This document shows, piece after piece, positions 8,601 through 16,298 of a stretch of DNA of 17,375 nt. Location of the stretch: NCBI GenBank assembly GCA_037137395.1, contig JBAXKK010000055.1, positions 1 to 17,375 of the forward strand. Reading direction: 5' to 3'. The notes under the pieces are model-generated. The model was given only the letters and a program-made list of their open reading frames with translations, was not told the origin of the DNA and did not search any database. This DNA comes from Elusimicrobiota bacterium. Its GTDB lineage: Bacteria; Elusimicrobiota; Elusimicrobia; Elusimicrobiales; UBA9959. Made by a program: the position numbers and the translations under genes. Each line of letters opens with the position of its first letter. Positions within the stretch are counted from its first letter, which is position 1.

Positions 8601-11600
8601 TGTCCAATTCCAATACTATCGTTTCCGGCTCTTTTCCGTTCACCACAGCGACGGCCCCTATAAAACTTACGGTCAATCCTCTTAAGATAATCGCGGCCCA
8701 GAACGTGACTATCGGCGAGCTTTTCCAGGGCACCACCAATAGCCTGATGCTGCGGCTGGACCTGAAATCGGAGCTGAACCCGGTCAGCTGGACCTCGATA
8801 AAGGTCATCTCCACCGGCACGCTGCCTGACAACATGATAGACGCCGTCAAGGTTTACCGCGACGCGAACGACGACGACAAGTTAACTATCGGGGTTGACG
8901 AACTTGTAACCGAAGGCAGCGACGTATTCATCAACCATGAAGTACGAATGCTTTTCATTCCGCCGCAGAGCGTTACGGCCGAGGGCGCTTCATATTTTGT
9001 GACGCTGGACATAAGCCCGGACGCGGCGCAGGGCTACACGACCGGAATAGTGATAAGCTCCACTAATTTCCTGACCGTTAATTCACCCAGCATTATTTCC
9101 ACCGCCTCCGCGACGGCGCCCTACGAGGCGGGACCGGTGACTATCAAGCAGTACAATAACACGATCTATGTAAGCACTGTTAACATAATGTCTGCTTTGG
9201 GCGACTATCCCGGCGCCTCGGATGTGCCTATATTCAAGCTGACCCTTAATACCGACATTTCAACGGCCAAGCTGCAGTCCATGAAGTTCACAAAAGTGGG
9301 CACGCTGACCGGAGCGGAAGTTAAGGCGGTTAAAATTTATTATGACATCGCCAATATCGGCTCATTTAACCGGGCCAATATCTCCGCCTATTCCCTTATC
9401 ACCACCAGCACCGTAACCTTCGGCGGGGACGACACCGTGACGCTGGGAATATCTACCGCCACGGGCGGCCTGGATATAGTAAGAGCGGGCAGAAGCTGTT
9501 TTGTGGTTATGGACCTGCAACCCAGCGCGGTTATAGGGCGCTATATAACCATGCGCGTTCCGGACTCCACCTACATCGCCGTGAGCACGCCCAACAGTAT
9601 GGCGCCAGTCTCATTCTCTTCTCCGCCGCTGTATGTGCGCGCGCCGCCGCAAACGCTCAGCGTGGCCTTTGAAAACAAGCTTTCAACCTATGTTATACAG
9701 GGGCAGCTGTCGGTACTGGTGGCCAGCTTCACCGTGTCAGCCTCCTCATACAGCATAAGCATGTCGCGCATAAATATGACGCGCGGCGGCACAGGCTTTG
9801 ACAGCGATATAGCCTCAATACGACTTTACCGCGACGACGGCACGCATACCTGGGACGGCTCGGCAAAAACGCCCATAGCCTCCGGTGTGATATCGGGCGG
9901 ACTGATCTCATTTACGCCGGAAACAGTTGAGACTATTCAATACCCCAACCGCTATCTCTATTACATCGTGGCCGACATCTCCGAGACGGCAGCCTATGGC
10001 AGGTCGTTGGCGATAGATATACCGTCAGTGGGCTATTTCACGGTGAACGACCCGCACTCAGTGGCTTCGGCCGGCTTCCCTTTCTACAGCCAGCGCGCGA
10101 TGATACAGCCTACCATTGATAACCTTATAGTCGCCGGCATAGATTCCGCCCCGTCGCTTATCCAGGGCGGTCCGGATAAAGTTATAGGCCGCCTGCGCGT
10201 GCATACCGATCTGCATTCCGCGCTTATTTCCTCGATCCGTTTTGAAAGGAGCGGCACCACCCCCGACGCAGATATCTACAGGATACGCCTATACAAGGAT
10301 GACGGAAACCTGGCGCTTAATTCCGGAGATCAGCTGGTGGGAACGCTGAATTCGCTGTCTTCCGGCATCGGCGTGATGGTGATATCTCCGCCCCAAACGA
10401 TAAGCACCGCGGACACGGACTATCTGGTTACGGTGGCCATCTCAACGCTCGCGACGATAGATACCAGCTTTAGCCTGCGGGTGGCGCCGGAAGTGGTGGC
10501 GCCGGACGCGGTAACTATAACCGGTTCCACTATAATCTTCACCATGGCCGGGGTTATAGCGGATAAGCCGGATACTATTTATTCAAGTTTCTCCGACATA
10601 GCCTCACAAAGCCTCTATGTAGGTATGGCCGACAGTCAGATAGCCAAGCTCTCCTTCTGGGCGGACAACGATATGGCTTACCTTACCGAGCTGAAGCTTA
10701 ACTTCAGCGGCTCGGCGGGGCCCTCGGATATTCCCACAGTGAAGCTTTACCGCGACACCAATGCCAGCGGTTACTTTGAAGCGGCGTATGACGTGCTGGC
10801 AGCCACCGCAGCGATAGTCTCAGGCGAATCATATATCTACCTGCCGGATTCCGGAGACGCTATAACGGTTTCCACACGGGCATATTTTGTCGTAGCGGAT
10901 ATCTCAAGCTCCGCGATCATAGACCGAACGGTGACCCTTGAAATTTCCAATGAAAACAGCGTGTATCTTGCCGGAACGGATATTGTGACCCCGTTCCCTA
11001 CCAGAACCACTAAACTTTCCACAATACGCGACCCGCGCGTGCCGACTCCGCCGGTGATTTCAGTCTACAGGGTTGACGGCAGGCTTTTCTCCGAGACAGA
11101 TGAAGCCTTCAACGCCTACAGGACGCTGCTGCAGTTCAGATGGCATTCCACCACGCTCCAGGGCAGCATAGAGCAGGCCTATTACTACATAGGCGCCTCT
11201 CCCGCGGATGGGTCCACCCCCGCGGGTTCATGGACAACCGCCGGCTCAAGCGGCGAGGTTTCCATAAGAGGGCTGAACATGCTAAATAACGGCGTCTACA
11301 ATATTTCCGTGCGAGTTAAGAATTCAGAGGGCGCCTATTACAGCGACATAGTGTCCAAGCGCTTTATAGTGGACACGGTGGTACCGGCGCTGCCGCCCGG
11401 CGCCGCCTATACCAGCTCCGAAGGCGGGGATATACTGCTGAATTGGGCCCCGGCCACCTCAGGCGTCTCCGGTCTGGAATACTACGCCGTAGAGGAGAGA
11501 AGAGGCAACAGCCCCTTATGGGTGATCGTCAGCACCACCACGGACCTCTTCCTGCCGATAACGATAGGGGGCTCGCACCCCAGCGATCTTGCCAGGAGTC

Positions 11601-11983
11601 CCGGCTCCTACTTCTACCGCGTATACCCGGTCAGCAACGCGGGTCTGGCCGGCACCCCCAGCGACCCGCTGGCAGTGAACATCAACCTGGAACAACTGGC
11701 CACGATTTCGGAAGCCAGCATTTACCCGAACCCGTTCGATTCCAGAAAACAGAGCTGCACTATTATATTTACGCTCAACACCGCGTCAGCTATTGAGGTA
11801 TCCATATACGATGTTTTCGGCGGCAAGGTGCGCGATATTAAGACAGCCGGAATTGTAGGCGTCAACATGGTTTACTGGGACGGCTCGGCGGCTTCCGGCA
11901 GCAAGGTCTCAAAAGGCGTGTATCTGTGCGTAATAAAAGCGGCAGGCGCGGTTAAGGTGCTGAAGGCGGCGGTAAGGCATTAG
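2681..11983 (+). CDS. Giant repetitive surface/secreted protein (adhesin-like) with C-terminal T9SS-CTD/FlgD-Ig-like domain
   Basis: 3100-aa ORF. Hydrophobic signal segment LLMPLLFLTTCFLLPVTSPA, several FN3-like YYWRV/YYARV motifs, 7 propeller blades, two tandem repeat families and a C-terminal IYPNPF...IYDVFGGKVR...WDG...GVYLC. The start could be 2681, 2705 or 2909. Confidence 0.88.
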   Translation: METVKKTKMAPGSFLKRRAVSLLGFLPSLFNRSSEAFDVSPANAGVQCRRCSWIPAFTPSFTVGQVAGKTTGYRLLMPLLFLTTCFLLPVTSPAADLFPGYGSAKSALSAGFDVYAPPLLISTPSYPANNSYINLARPSFAWVGVSTPMAASIGAQGQYKVDYSIDPDFLSGVVTLSTPIVTATNAFTADGLVTPASNLSDNTTYYWRVKVYDGTSLVSGDWSQVYSFKIDLTVPSASDYKVISSTSGLLSQDQWINLTAGVTVQMKARDEQTGLAVSTSALWGDGGNSNWSDLTGGFSIKYTTNAGANWQEGTGWSVSGNSTVGSMAVLAVYRGKLYGGGYNGSVAVFSGTSWTPAFTATGTHVQSFAVYRDKLYVGLHNGTVGVYDAQTDTYAQDTNNGNPVNSLGTQVTALAVYNDKLYAGAGVTSAQVAVFDGTSWKASNKGNPVTATATGVYSFAVYNGKLYAAVAGTGEVAIFNGVNWVNGGVVEYPWGSVRSLCVYNGKLYAGTYNNRVFAMTGSSWVEATTSRMTGVIESLTAYNGKLYAGIYDSYMHVFDGTSWAATNNGNPVTAGWYGGAVAVYNGRLYMGNNAGSNVSIMNQLATTLTGADGTTAEQTLSASGLNLVQSTNSVVCNGSYPCGATNQVVFSASDMAGNVRTYGPYSVLVDTTPPPVPTLSAPADGAVFAISSIPVSWTAVTDGGSGLAGYELQLSAASDFNPVTYSSFTANLSLVLNDVPYLNYWRVRSRDNSNNYSAFTSYRSFYVDASSPVITNNQVSPTEWYSADPGAVFNVDFADLISGLTTAQYRITSAAAGGGTVLKGWTDIYSNPAGAAAYTDNWAVNFAVLNQGLNYVSVRAFDKVALSETVTDAFVIRKDTDTPHFIDNQAGDNTWRGTAGTAYNIDFTDLGAGVTTAQYMITSQTAGNGTVLKDWTDIYSNPTGGAAYTDNWTLDFTALQEASTNYVSVRAYDLLEKTTTYYDAFYVLKDTTSPTIIDNQPNDVWRTVNPGAIYDVDFADAGGSKLSYAVYSISTSPVLADGTVKAWTNIAVSISSNGYETNWQLDFAAERAGTNYVSVRVYDYAGNYTQQNDIFSVIKDTAGPVITDNQTGDAVWRAEAGTLYDVDFADPLTGFTTAQYRITSLAAGGGTVLKDWTDIYSNAAGTAAYTTDWSVDFAALAQITTNYVSVRAYDFLGNSTTRNDVFYVLKDTTPPTITNNQANDIWRYTDPGAIYNTDFSDTGGSKLNRAQYSISTGRDFADGNVKGWTDIAISISSNGYTANWAVDFAAEPAGTSYVSVRTYDNAGNNTQQTDIFTVRKDTTAPVITNNQSGDDAWRTAAGTLYDVDFADDLSGLATAQYKVTSLPAGAGTVIKNWTDIYSNPSGAAAYTDNWPLDFAGLQEWATGYVSVRAYDLAAKPTVSTDVFHVLKDTTPPSIALTSFRVSSVTLSLAALGSDIRSGFKDYYFEISPVANFSADVLSAGYSASTSAVFADMLEATTYYARVKARDIADNESAYTVTAATRTRGFVHISGTNLAPANAMQGSNVVMMTLDMVINSVNPATLQRIDLTRTGTTSASDVAAVKIYRDTNGNGLLDGDEPLFGSAGFSGVNTTVTMTPPLPVTSTQVKLLVVYNFAAEATIGKTAGVTITSADKLVFADPYQTVGVFPMTSDASTIQDGNNNLYITATSLVSGAAPPGTANVPIIKLVMNTNVGTSTIERLNALLAGTVASNNVSAVKIYRDANSNAQFDLASDTLLTSGSDAFLEYSSTITLTASAANRTVGSVPVYMFVVVDVAAGTPEGSNFTVSIPTSSAFALTNSGDKPLMTPASFTSGRVVVQTSNSANVLLQSLVPAEMMQGGVYAVAMASVSVNLGVADLNRVTVNKAGSAVDNDIKAAWIYRDTMMDGGDFNINFDLPLGSAAFSGGIAVIDIATETISASATTQLFVVYEISPTAIENHTVGAGFTNPDYFRMSNSNTIVSGSFPFTTATAPIKLTVNPLKIIAAQNVTIGELFQGTTNSLMLRLDLKSELNPVSWTSIKVISTGTLPDNMIDAVKVYRDANDDDKLTIGVDELVTEGSDVFINHEVRMLFIPPQSVTAEGASYFVTLDISPDAAQGYTTGIVISSTNFLTVNSPSIISTASATAPYEAGPVTIKQYNNTIYVSTVNIMSALGDYPGASDVPIFKLTLNTDISTAKLQSMKFTKVGTLTGAEVKAVKIYYDIANIGSFNRANISAYSLITTSTVTFGGDDTVTLGISTATGGLDIVRAGRSCFVVMDLQPSAVIGRYITMRVPDSTYIAVSTPNSMAPVSFSSPPLYVRAPPQTLSVAFENKLSTYVIQGQLSVLVASFTVSASSYSISMSRINMTRGGTGFDSDIASIRLYRDDGTHTWDGSAKTPIASGVISGGLISFTPETVETIQYPNRYLYYIVADISETAAYGRSLAIDIPSVGYFTVNDPHSVASAGFPFYSQRAMIQPTIDNLIVAGIDSAPSLIQGGPDKVIGRLRVHTDLHSALISSIRFERSGTTPDADIYRIRLYKDDGNLALNSGDQLVGTLNSLSSGIGVMVISPPQTISTADTDYLVTVAISTLATIDTSFSLRVAPEVVAPDAVTITGSTIIFTMAGVIADKPDTIYSSFSDIASQSLYVGMADSQIAKLSFWADNDMAYLTELKLNFSGSAGPSDIPTVKLYRDTNASGYFEAAYDVLAATAAIVSGESYIYLPDSGDAITVSTRAYFVVADISSSAIIDRTVTLEISNENSVYLAGTDIVTPFPTRTTKLSTIRDPRVPTPPVISVYRVDGRLFSETDEAFNAYRTLLQFRWHSTTLQGSIEQAYYYIGASPADGSTPAGSWTTAGSSGEVSIRGLNMLNNGVYNISVRVKNSEGAYYSDIVSKRFIVDTVVPALPPGAAYTSSEGGDILLNWAPATSGVSGLEYYAVEERRGNSPLWVIVSTTTDLFLPITIGGSHPSDLARSPGSYFYRVYPVSNAGLAGTPSDPLAVNINLEQLATISEASIYPNPFDSRKQSCTIIFTLNTASAIEVSIYDVFGGKVRDIKTAGIVGVNMVYWDGSAASGSKVSKGVYLCVIKAAGAVKVLKAAVRH
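2795..2889. repeat. Inverted pair of REP-like palindromes; the second is interrupted by a 27-nt insert
   Basis: GTCTCCCCGGCGAACGCCGGGGTCCAG (2795-2821) and CTGGATTCCGGCTTT[2851-2877]CGCCGGAAAGAC (2836-2889). The rejoined second copy is 22/27 identical to the first in inverted orientation. Confidence 0.8.
2928..2954. repeat. Right arm of the 27-bp inverted repeat, inside the signal-peptide coding region
   Basis: CAACCTGTTTCCTGCTACCTGTAACCT is built from CCTGxxx heptamers and lies in the TCFLLPVT codons; inverted match to 1796-1822. Confidence 0.9.
3660..4470 (+). repeat. Seven beta-propeller blade repeats (xAVYNGKLYAG)
   Basis: LAVYRGKLYGG, FAVYRDKLYVG, LAVYNDKLYAG, FAVYNGKLYAA, LCVYNGKLYAG, LTAYNGKLYAG, VAVYNGRLYMG. 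Boundaries are approximate. Confidence 0.85.
4976..6967 (+). repeat. Six tandem 330/333-nt (110/111-aa) Ig-like repeats
   Basis: Units start at 4976, 5309, 5642, 5972, 6305 and 6635, each with DTxxPxIxxNQ...W...VDFxD...WTDI...NYVSVRxYD. An identical 24-mer occurs at 5153-5176 and 5483-5506. Confidence 0.9.
7260..11030 (+). repeat. Eight diverged ~155-aa repeats with a (V/I)(K/R)(I/L/V)YRD-x-N/D loop
   Basis: Motifs near 7430, 7892, 8372, 8846, 9329, 9818, 10283 and 10739, e.g. VKIYRDTNGNGLLD, VKVYRDANDDD, VKLYRDTNASG. Boundaries are approximate. Confidence 0.8.
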
Positions 11984-12005
11984 TGTTGGAAGTTGTGGTA
12001 TTTTT

Positions 12006-13616
12006 ATGAAAAGCGGAAAAACCGGTAACAGGATCAATAAAGCGCGAAGCGCCTTTCTAACAAGGCTCCTAGCGGCGCTTATCCTTGTTTTCACCTGCAT
12101 CTGTTCCGCAACTTCTCTGTACGCTGAGGGGGGCAAGCCGGGGGCCGTGTTTGATTTCGGCGCCGGGGCCAGACCGCTGGCCATGGGCGGCTCTTACTCC
12201 GCGGTGTCTAAGGACGGCTCAGCCGTCTATTACAACCCCGCCGGACTGGGCCTTATGAGCGGCCGAAACGTCCTGCTGATGCACGCCATGCTCTACGAGG
12301 GAGCCACATACGACTATTTTTCCTACGCCCAGAATTTTGGCAAGCTGCCCGGCGCCTGGGGCGGCCAGGTACTGCGGATGAACGTGGGTGAGATAGACGG
12401 CCGCGACGAATTTAACAGAAAGACTTCCGTAATATCCTACACGGAAACAGCTTTCGCTTTAGGCGCCGGGCTTAGCGGCATATTCTATCCGGGTGTTTCC
12501 GCCGGGTTCACGGGCAAGGTACTTAACCGCTCGCTGGCCGGAGACAGCGACAACCTGATAGGCTTTGACGCCGGCCTGCATTACGGGCCCTTATACGGCG
12601 AGAAACTGGACCTCTCGTTCGTGGCGCAGAACCTCCTGGCTTTCGCCACAGGCGACACCTCGGACCGCCTGCCGTTCGCAGTCAAGGCCGGCGCCTCCTA
12701 CCTGGTGGCCGGCAATATACTGCTCTCCGCCGATGTCTCAAGCGACCGCGTGGTGCGCGTCGGGACGGAATATGTAATGGGCCCTGTGGCCTTCCGGGCC
12801 GGCTATGGTTCAGGCACCATGTCGCTGGGCGCCGGAGTGAAGTTCCTTAAAGCCTATAGCTTTGACCTGGCTACGGTAAAAAACGAGGATCTGGGCGTTT
12901 CCAACCGTTTCTCTCTGGGCTACCTGTTCGGCGCCACCGCGGCGGCCCGGCAGCCGAGGCCCAGAACTTACGCCAAGGATTACCTGGCCCAGGCTGAGGC
13001 CGATCTTAACTCCGCCGCCTTCCTTAACGCGTATGATAATATCTCAATGGCCTTGGGGCTGGATTCTTCCATAAAGAAAGACGGCTGGGGCGAGAAACAT
13101 CTGCGGCTTGGCGAACTGATAGAAAGTCTTAAGCTGCGTGAAATTCCGGAGCGGGAAGCAAATCTAAAAGCCTCCACCCCGGCGGCGAAGGAAGCCGTTC
13201 TCGCGGTAAGAGGATATCTGAACGGCCAGACCGTAAAAAGCATGCTGCTGGCGCAAAGCGCCGCGGGCTATGACCCCAACAACGCTTTCTACGCCGAACT
13301 GCTGCGCGTTATGTCAGTGGTAAATTCCAGGCCAACTGTACAGGACGAGATACTGCCGCGGCCGCTGCTTGTGAATCTGAAACTTGAAAAGGCGGCCTCT
13401 GCGTTCTACATAAAAGATTTCAAGAGATCCATAATGCAATGCTCCGAGGTGCTGACGATAGACGAAGGCAACGCGGACGCCTGGAAGAAGATGGGCTCCG
13501 CCTATTTCGCGCTGGGGGACTTGCCCAACGCCAAGCGCTCCTATCAAAAAGTTCTGGAGCTGAATCCGCAGGACGCCGGTGTTATAAGATTTATGACCCT
13601 GCAGGGCTGGCGCTGA
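12006..13616 (+). CDS. PorV/PorQ-like (UPF0164 / FadL-fold) outer-membrane beta-barrel fused to C-terminal TPRs
   Basis: Signal peptide; hallmark GAGARPLAMGGSYSAVSKDGSAVYYNPAGL; amphipathic strands ending NRFSLGYLF; then a helical region with TPR ADAWKKMGSAYFALGDLPNAKRSYQKVLELNPQD. Confidence 0.85.
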   Translation: MKSGKTGNRINKARSAFLTRLLAALILVFTCICSATSLYAEGGKPGAVFDFGAGARPLAMGGSYSAVSKDGSAVYYNPAGLGLMSGRNVLLMHAMLYEGATYDYFSYAQNFGKLPGAWGGQVLRMNVGEIDGRDEFNRKTSVISYTETAFALGAGLSGIFYPGVSAGFTGKVLNRSLAGDSDNLIGFDAGLHYGPLYGEKLDLSFVAQNLLAFATGDTSDRLPFAVKAGASYLVAGNILLSADVSSDRVVRVGTEYVMGPVAFRAGYGSGTMSLGAGVKFLKAYSFDLATVKNEDLGVSNRFSLGYLFGATAAARQPRPRTYAKDYLAQAEADLNSAAFLNAYDNISMALGLDSSIKKDGWGEKHLRLGELIESLKLREIPEREANLKASTPAAKEAVLAVRGYLNGQTVKSMLLAQSAAGYDPNNAFYAELLRVMSVVNSRPTVQDEILPRPLLVNLKLEKAASAFYIKDFKRSIMQCSEVLTIDEGNADAWKKMGSAYFALGDLPNAKRSYQKVLELNPQDAGVIRFMTLQGWR

Positions 13617-13619
13617 CCT

Positions 13620-14570
13620 ATGGAAACAGCCGTCCTTATTATAGTGCTGATGATGTTCCTGATGTTGGGCCTCGGATACATTGTAGTGGGCCGGGTGACG
13701 GAACGGTTTTCTTTTATGCAGCTCTCCGGCGGCAACAGGCGGGCGGTCGATATGGCCGAGCGCTATATGGCGCAGGCCACGCTGGCGAAGTCCGAGCTGG
13801 GCCGGCGCAACCGGCAGCTGACCGCTCTTACCGAAAAACTGGACCTCTCCGGCCAGGAGCTGGCCCGCCTGAACGACATGAAATCCAAGTTCCTGTCCAT
13901 GGTGGTGCACGATGTCCGCTCGCCGCTGAGCACGATAAAGGGCTTCAGCCAGATGCTGGCGCGCAAGATGCCCGGCGAAAGGGAACAGACCCAGTTCGGC
14001 AATATTGTCGCGGCTACTGACCAATTAAACAGACTTATCTCAGACCTGACCGACCTTGCCATGATAGAGGCAGGCAAGCTTACTATTGAGCCCGTATCTT
14101 TTGATCTGCGCGTGATAGCTTTGGATATACTGCCGGGCATTCGCGTGATGGCGGCGGCAAAAGGCGTGACCGTAAACTATTACGAGCCGCCCTCGGCGGT
14201 GCAGATAAACGGGGACCGATTCAGGCTGGGCCAGGTTCTGATGAACCTTCTTACCAACGCTTTAAAATTCACACCTGCCGGCGGCAAAATAGACGCGATT
14301 ATATCCGTGGAAGGTTCGCGGGCGGGGGTATCCGTGAAGGATTCAGGCATAGGCATCCACCCCAGCGAGACAAAGAAGATCTTTGAGAAGTTCTACCAGG
14401 CCAAGCACCAGAAGGACGCCGCTCTCCGCAAGCAGGGCTGGGGGCTTGGTCTTTCCATAGCCACGGAAATAATAAGAGCGCATAAAGGGGAGATAGCCGC
14501 GACCAGCCAGGGCTTGGGGAAGGGCTCCACTTTCTATTACCGCGTGCCGCTTCTGACCGCACGCGGTTGA
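13620..14570 (+). CDS. Membrane-anchored histidine kinase (HisKA + HATPase_c)
   Basis: N-terminal TM helix, coiled coil, H-box FLSMVVHDVRSPL, N-box NLLTNALKFT, G1 VKDSGIGI, F-box IFEKFYQ, G2 GWGLGLSI. Starts 3 nt after the upstream stop. Confidence 0.93.
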   Translation: METAVLIIVLMMFLMLGLGYIVVGRVTERFSFMQLSGGNRRAVDMAERYMAQATLAKSELGRRNRQLTALTEKLDLSGQELARLNDMKSKFLSMVVHDVRSPLSTIKGFSQMLARKMPGEREQTQFGNIVAATDQLNRLISDLTDLAMIEAGKLTIEPVSFDLRVIALDILPGIRVMAAAKGVTVNYYEPPSAVQINGDRFRLGQVLMNLLTNALKFTPAGGKIDAIISVEGSRAGVSVKDSGIGIHPSETKKIFEKFYQAKHQKDAALRKQGWGLGLSIATEIIRAHKGEIAATSQGLGKGSTFYYRVPLLTARG

Positions 14571-14634
14571 CTTCCCGCCTGTAATGTTAAACTTCCTGTA
14601 ATCTTTCGGAAATAAGTCTTTTCTATACTATATT
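14567..14634 (+). promoter_or_regulatory. Possible promoter region for the FliF/FliG-like gene
   Basis: AT-rich intergenic region with TTGACT (14567-14572) and TG-T-TAAACT (14585-14593; the spacer is only 15 nt), plus a second -10-like TATACT at 14624-14629. Confidence 0.35.
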
Positions 14635-14666
14635 TGAACAGGAAGCGCGGACGACGTCTTTAAGTT

Positions 14667-16256
14667 ATGCATAAAACTATAAATCGTAAATCCATTTATA
14701 TCCGCTGCGCGCTGGCGTTGTGCTGCCTCGCGGCCGCGCAAACCACCCCGCTTAGAGCGGGAGCGAACCTTGAGGAGAAGGCGCGTTACGAAACCTTTCT
14801 GGAGCGTAAAGTGGAAGGGGTCATGATGAACCTGCTGGGTCCCGGCAAGGCTAAAGTCGCGGTTCAGGCCATGATAGATTTTTCCGCGAAGGAAAGAGTG
14901 TCTTCGGAAGCGGCAAACGACTCCTCACAGGAATTGGCGTTCAAGTGGCAGGACATCAATAAACCGGAGACCGGTGCTGACGCGCAGGAATTTTTGCCCG
15001 GTTACCCCGTAATGTCCAAACTGAACCCGTCGCAGCCGGGGGAATGGGGCAAGATGCTGCGCGAGGTGGTGTTTCCGCAGGCCATGATAAAACGCCTCAC
15101 CGTATCACTGATCCTCAACGAAAACATTCCGGAAGCCGAAGTCCAGAAAGTGAAGGAAGTGGTCAACGATCTGCTGGCGATGGACCCGGCGCGCGGCGAC
15201 GAACTGATAGTGACCAGGGCGCGCTTCGCTCCCATCTGGTACAATTCAGAAACCATCAATATGCTGATGAAGTACGGAATAATGGCGTTGATAGCCATAG
15301 TGGGAATGACAATAGTGGGCCTAGGATTTTTGAAGATGGCTGGAGCGGTCAACAATATGGCTGGAGCTTCGCAGCCGCAGAAGATAGATATGGAGATGGG
15401 CGGGATAGGCGCCCTGGAAAACGGAGAGGACGCGCCGCAGGCGCCGGAGCTGGAGCACAAACCGTCGGCTGACGGCAGCCCGGCGAATCAAATCGAAGCC
15501 GCGCCGTCCGACGGAGTTATTTTTAATGTAAAAGAGGACAAGCTGGCGCTGCTGGTTAAAATGCTGGGCAGGGACACGCCAACTGATATTTCACTGATAG
15601 CCGTACATCTGCCCCAGGGACTAAGAAGCCGCTTCATCGGGCTGCTGCCTGAAGAAACAGCGGGTGAAGTTATGGCAAATATGGCCAAGGTGCGGTTCGT
15701 TGACCCCGAAATGATAGTGCGAATTAAAGAAGAGCTGGAACGGAGGCTCAACGGAGCGGTAGGCGGCTACGAAAAAGTGCTGGAAATTATAGACGGCTCG
15801 GATTCAAAATCAAAAGAACGCCTGCTCAAAAATCTGGAAAAGCACCACCCCGATGTAGCCAGCCAGGTCAGACATCATGTGCTGCTGCTGGAAGACCTGT
15901 ACCTGCTGGACGACAAAGATTTCGCCATACTGGCCGGCGCGGTGACTGTGGAGAAGTGGGCGGTTGTGATCCGCCGTATGCCGGACTCGGCTAAAGAGAA
16001 ACTAAAAGTACAATTGTCGGCGCGCGCCTGGCAGATACTTGAGCAGACGATGAAATACGAGACGCCTCCTGAGGGCAAAATAGACGAAGCGGTTGAAGAG
16101 CTGCTGTCCGCGGCCTGGAAACTCATACGCGAAGGCCGCATAAAAAAGCCGTTGACACCTTCCGCCGATATAAAACTAGAGAACAATGCCGGGGCAAACA
16201 AACCGGCAGCTCCTTCCGCTGCCGCCATAGGCCATGAAGAAGAAAAGAAGGCTTAG
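14667..16256 (+). CDS. FliF C-terminal ring-domain / FliG middle + C-terminal domain fusion protein
   Basis: Signal peptide. YETFLERKVEGVMMNLLGPGKAKVAVQAMIDFS and IKRLTVSLILN...MDPARGDELIV are FliF_C-like. One TM helix follows. Then FliG-like DTPTDISLIAVHLP...VDPEMIVRIKEELERRL, a GG hinge, VLLLEDL, LSARAWQILEQ and LIREGRI. Confidence 0.78.
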   Translation: MHKTINRKSIYIRCALALCCLAAAQTTPLRAGANLEEKARYETFLERKVEGVMMNLLGPGKAKVAVQAMIDFSAKERVSSEAANDSSQELAFKWQDINKPETGADAQEFLPGYPVMSKLNPSQPGEWGKMLREVVFPQAMIKRLTVSLILNENIPEAEVQKVKEVVNDLLAMDPARGDELIVTRARFAPIWYNSETINMLMKYGIMALIAIVGMTIVGLGFLKMAGAVNNMAGASQPQKIDMEMGGIGALENGEDAPQAPELEHKPSADGSPANQIEAAPSDGVIFNVKEDKLALLVKMLGRDTPTDISLIAVHLPQGLRSRFIGLLPEETAGEVMANMAKVRFVDPEMIVRIKEELERRLNGAVGGYEKVLEIIDGSDSKSKERLLKNLEKHHPDVASQVRHHVLLLEDLYLLDDKDFAILAGAVTVEKWAVVIRRMPDSAKEKLKVQLSARAWQILEQTMKYETPPEGKIDEAVEELLSAAWKLIREGRIKKPLTPSADIKLENNAGANKPAAPSAAAIGHEEEKKA

Positions 16257-16298
16257 CCCGGGCTCATATGGTCACGGCAGGCAGATAAGATATTAGAT

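Noticed and set aside
13314..14140. Overlapping alternative ORFs (13314-14024 -, 13439-14020 +, 13763-14140 -)
   Set aside because: Shadow frames of the TPR and histidine kinase genes, which carry clear family motifs.
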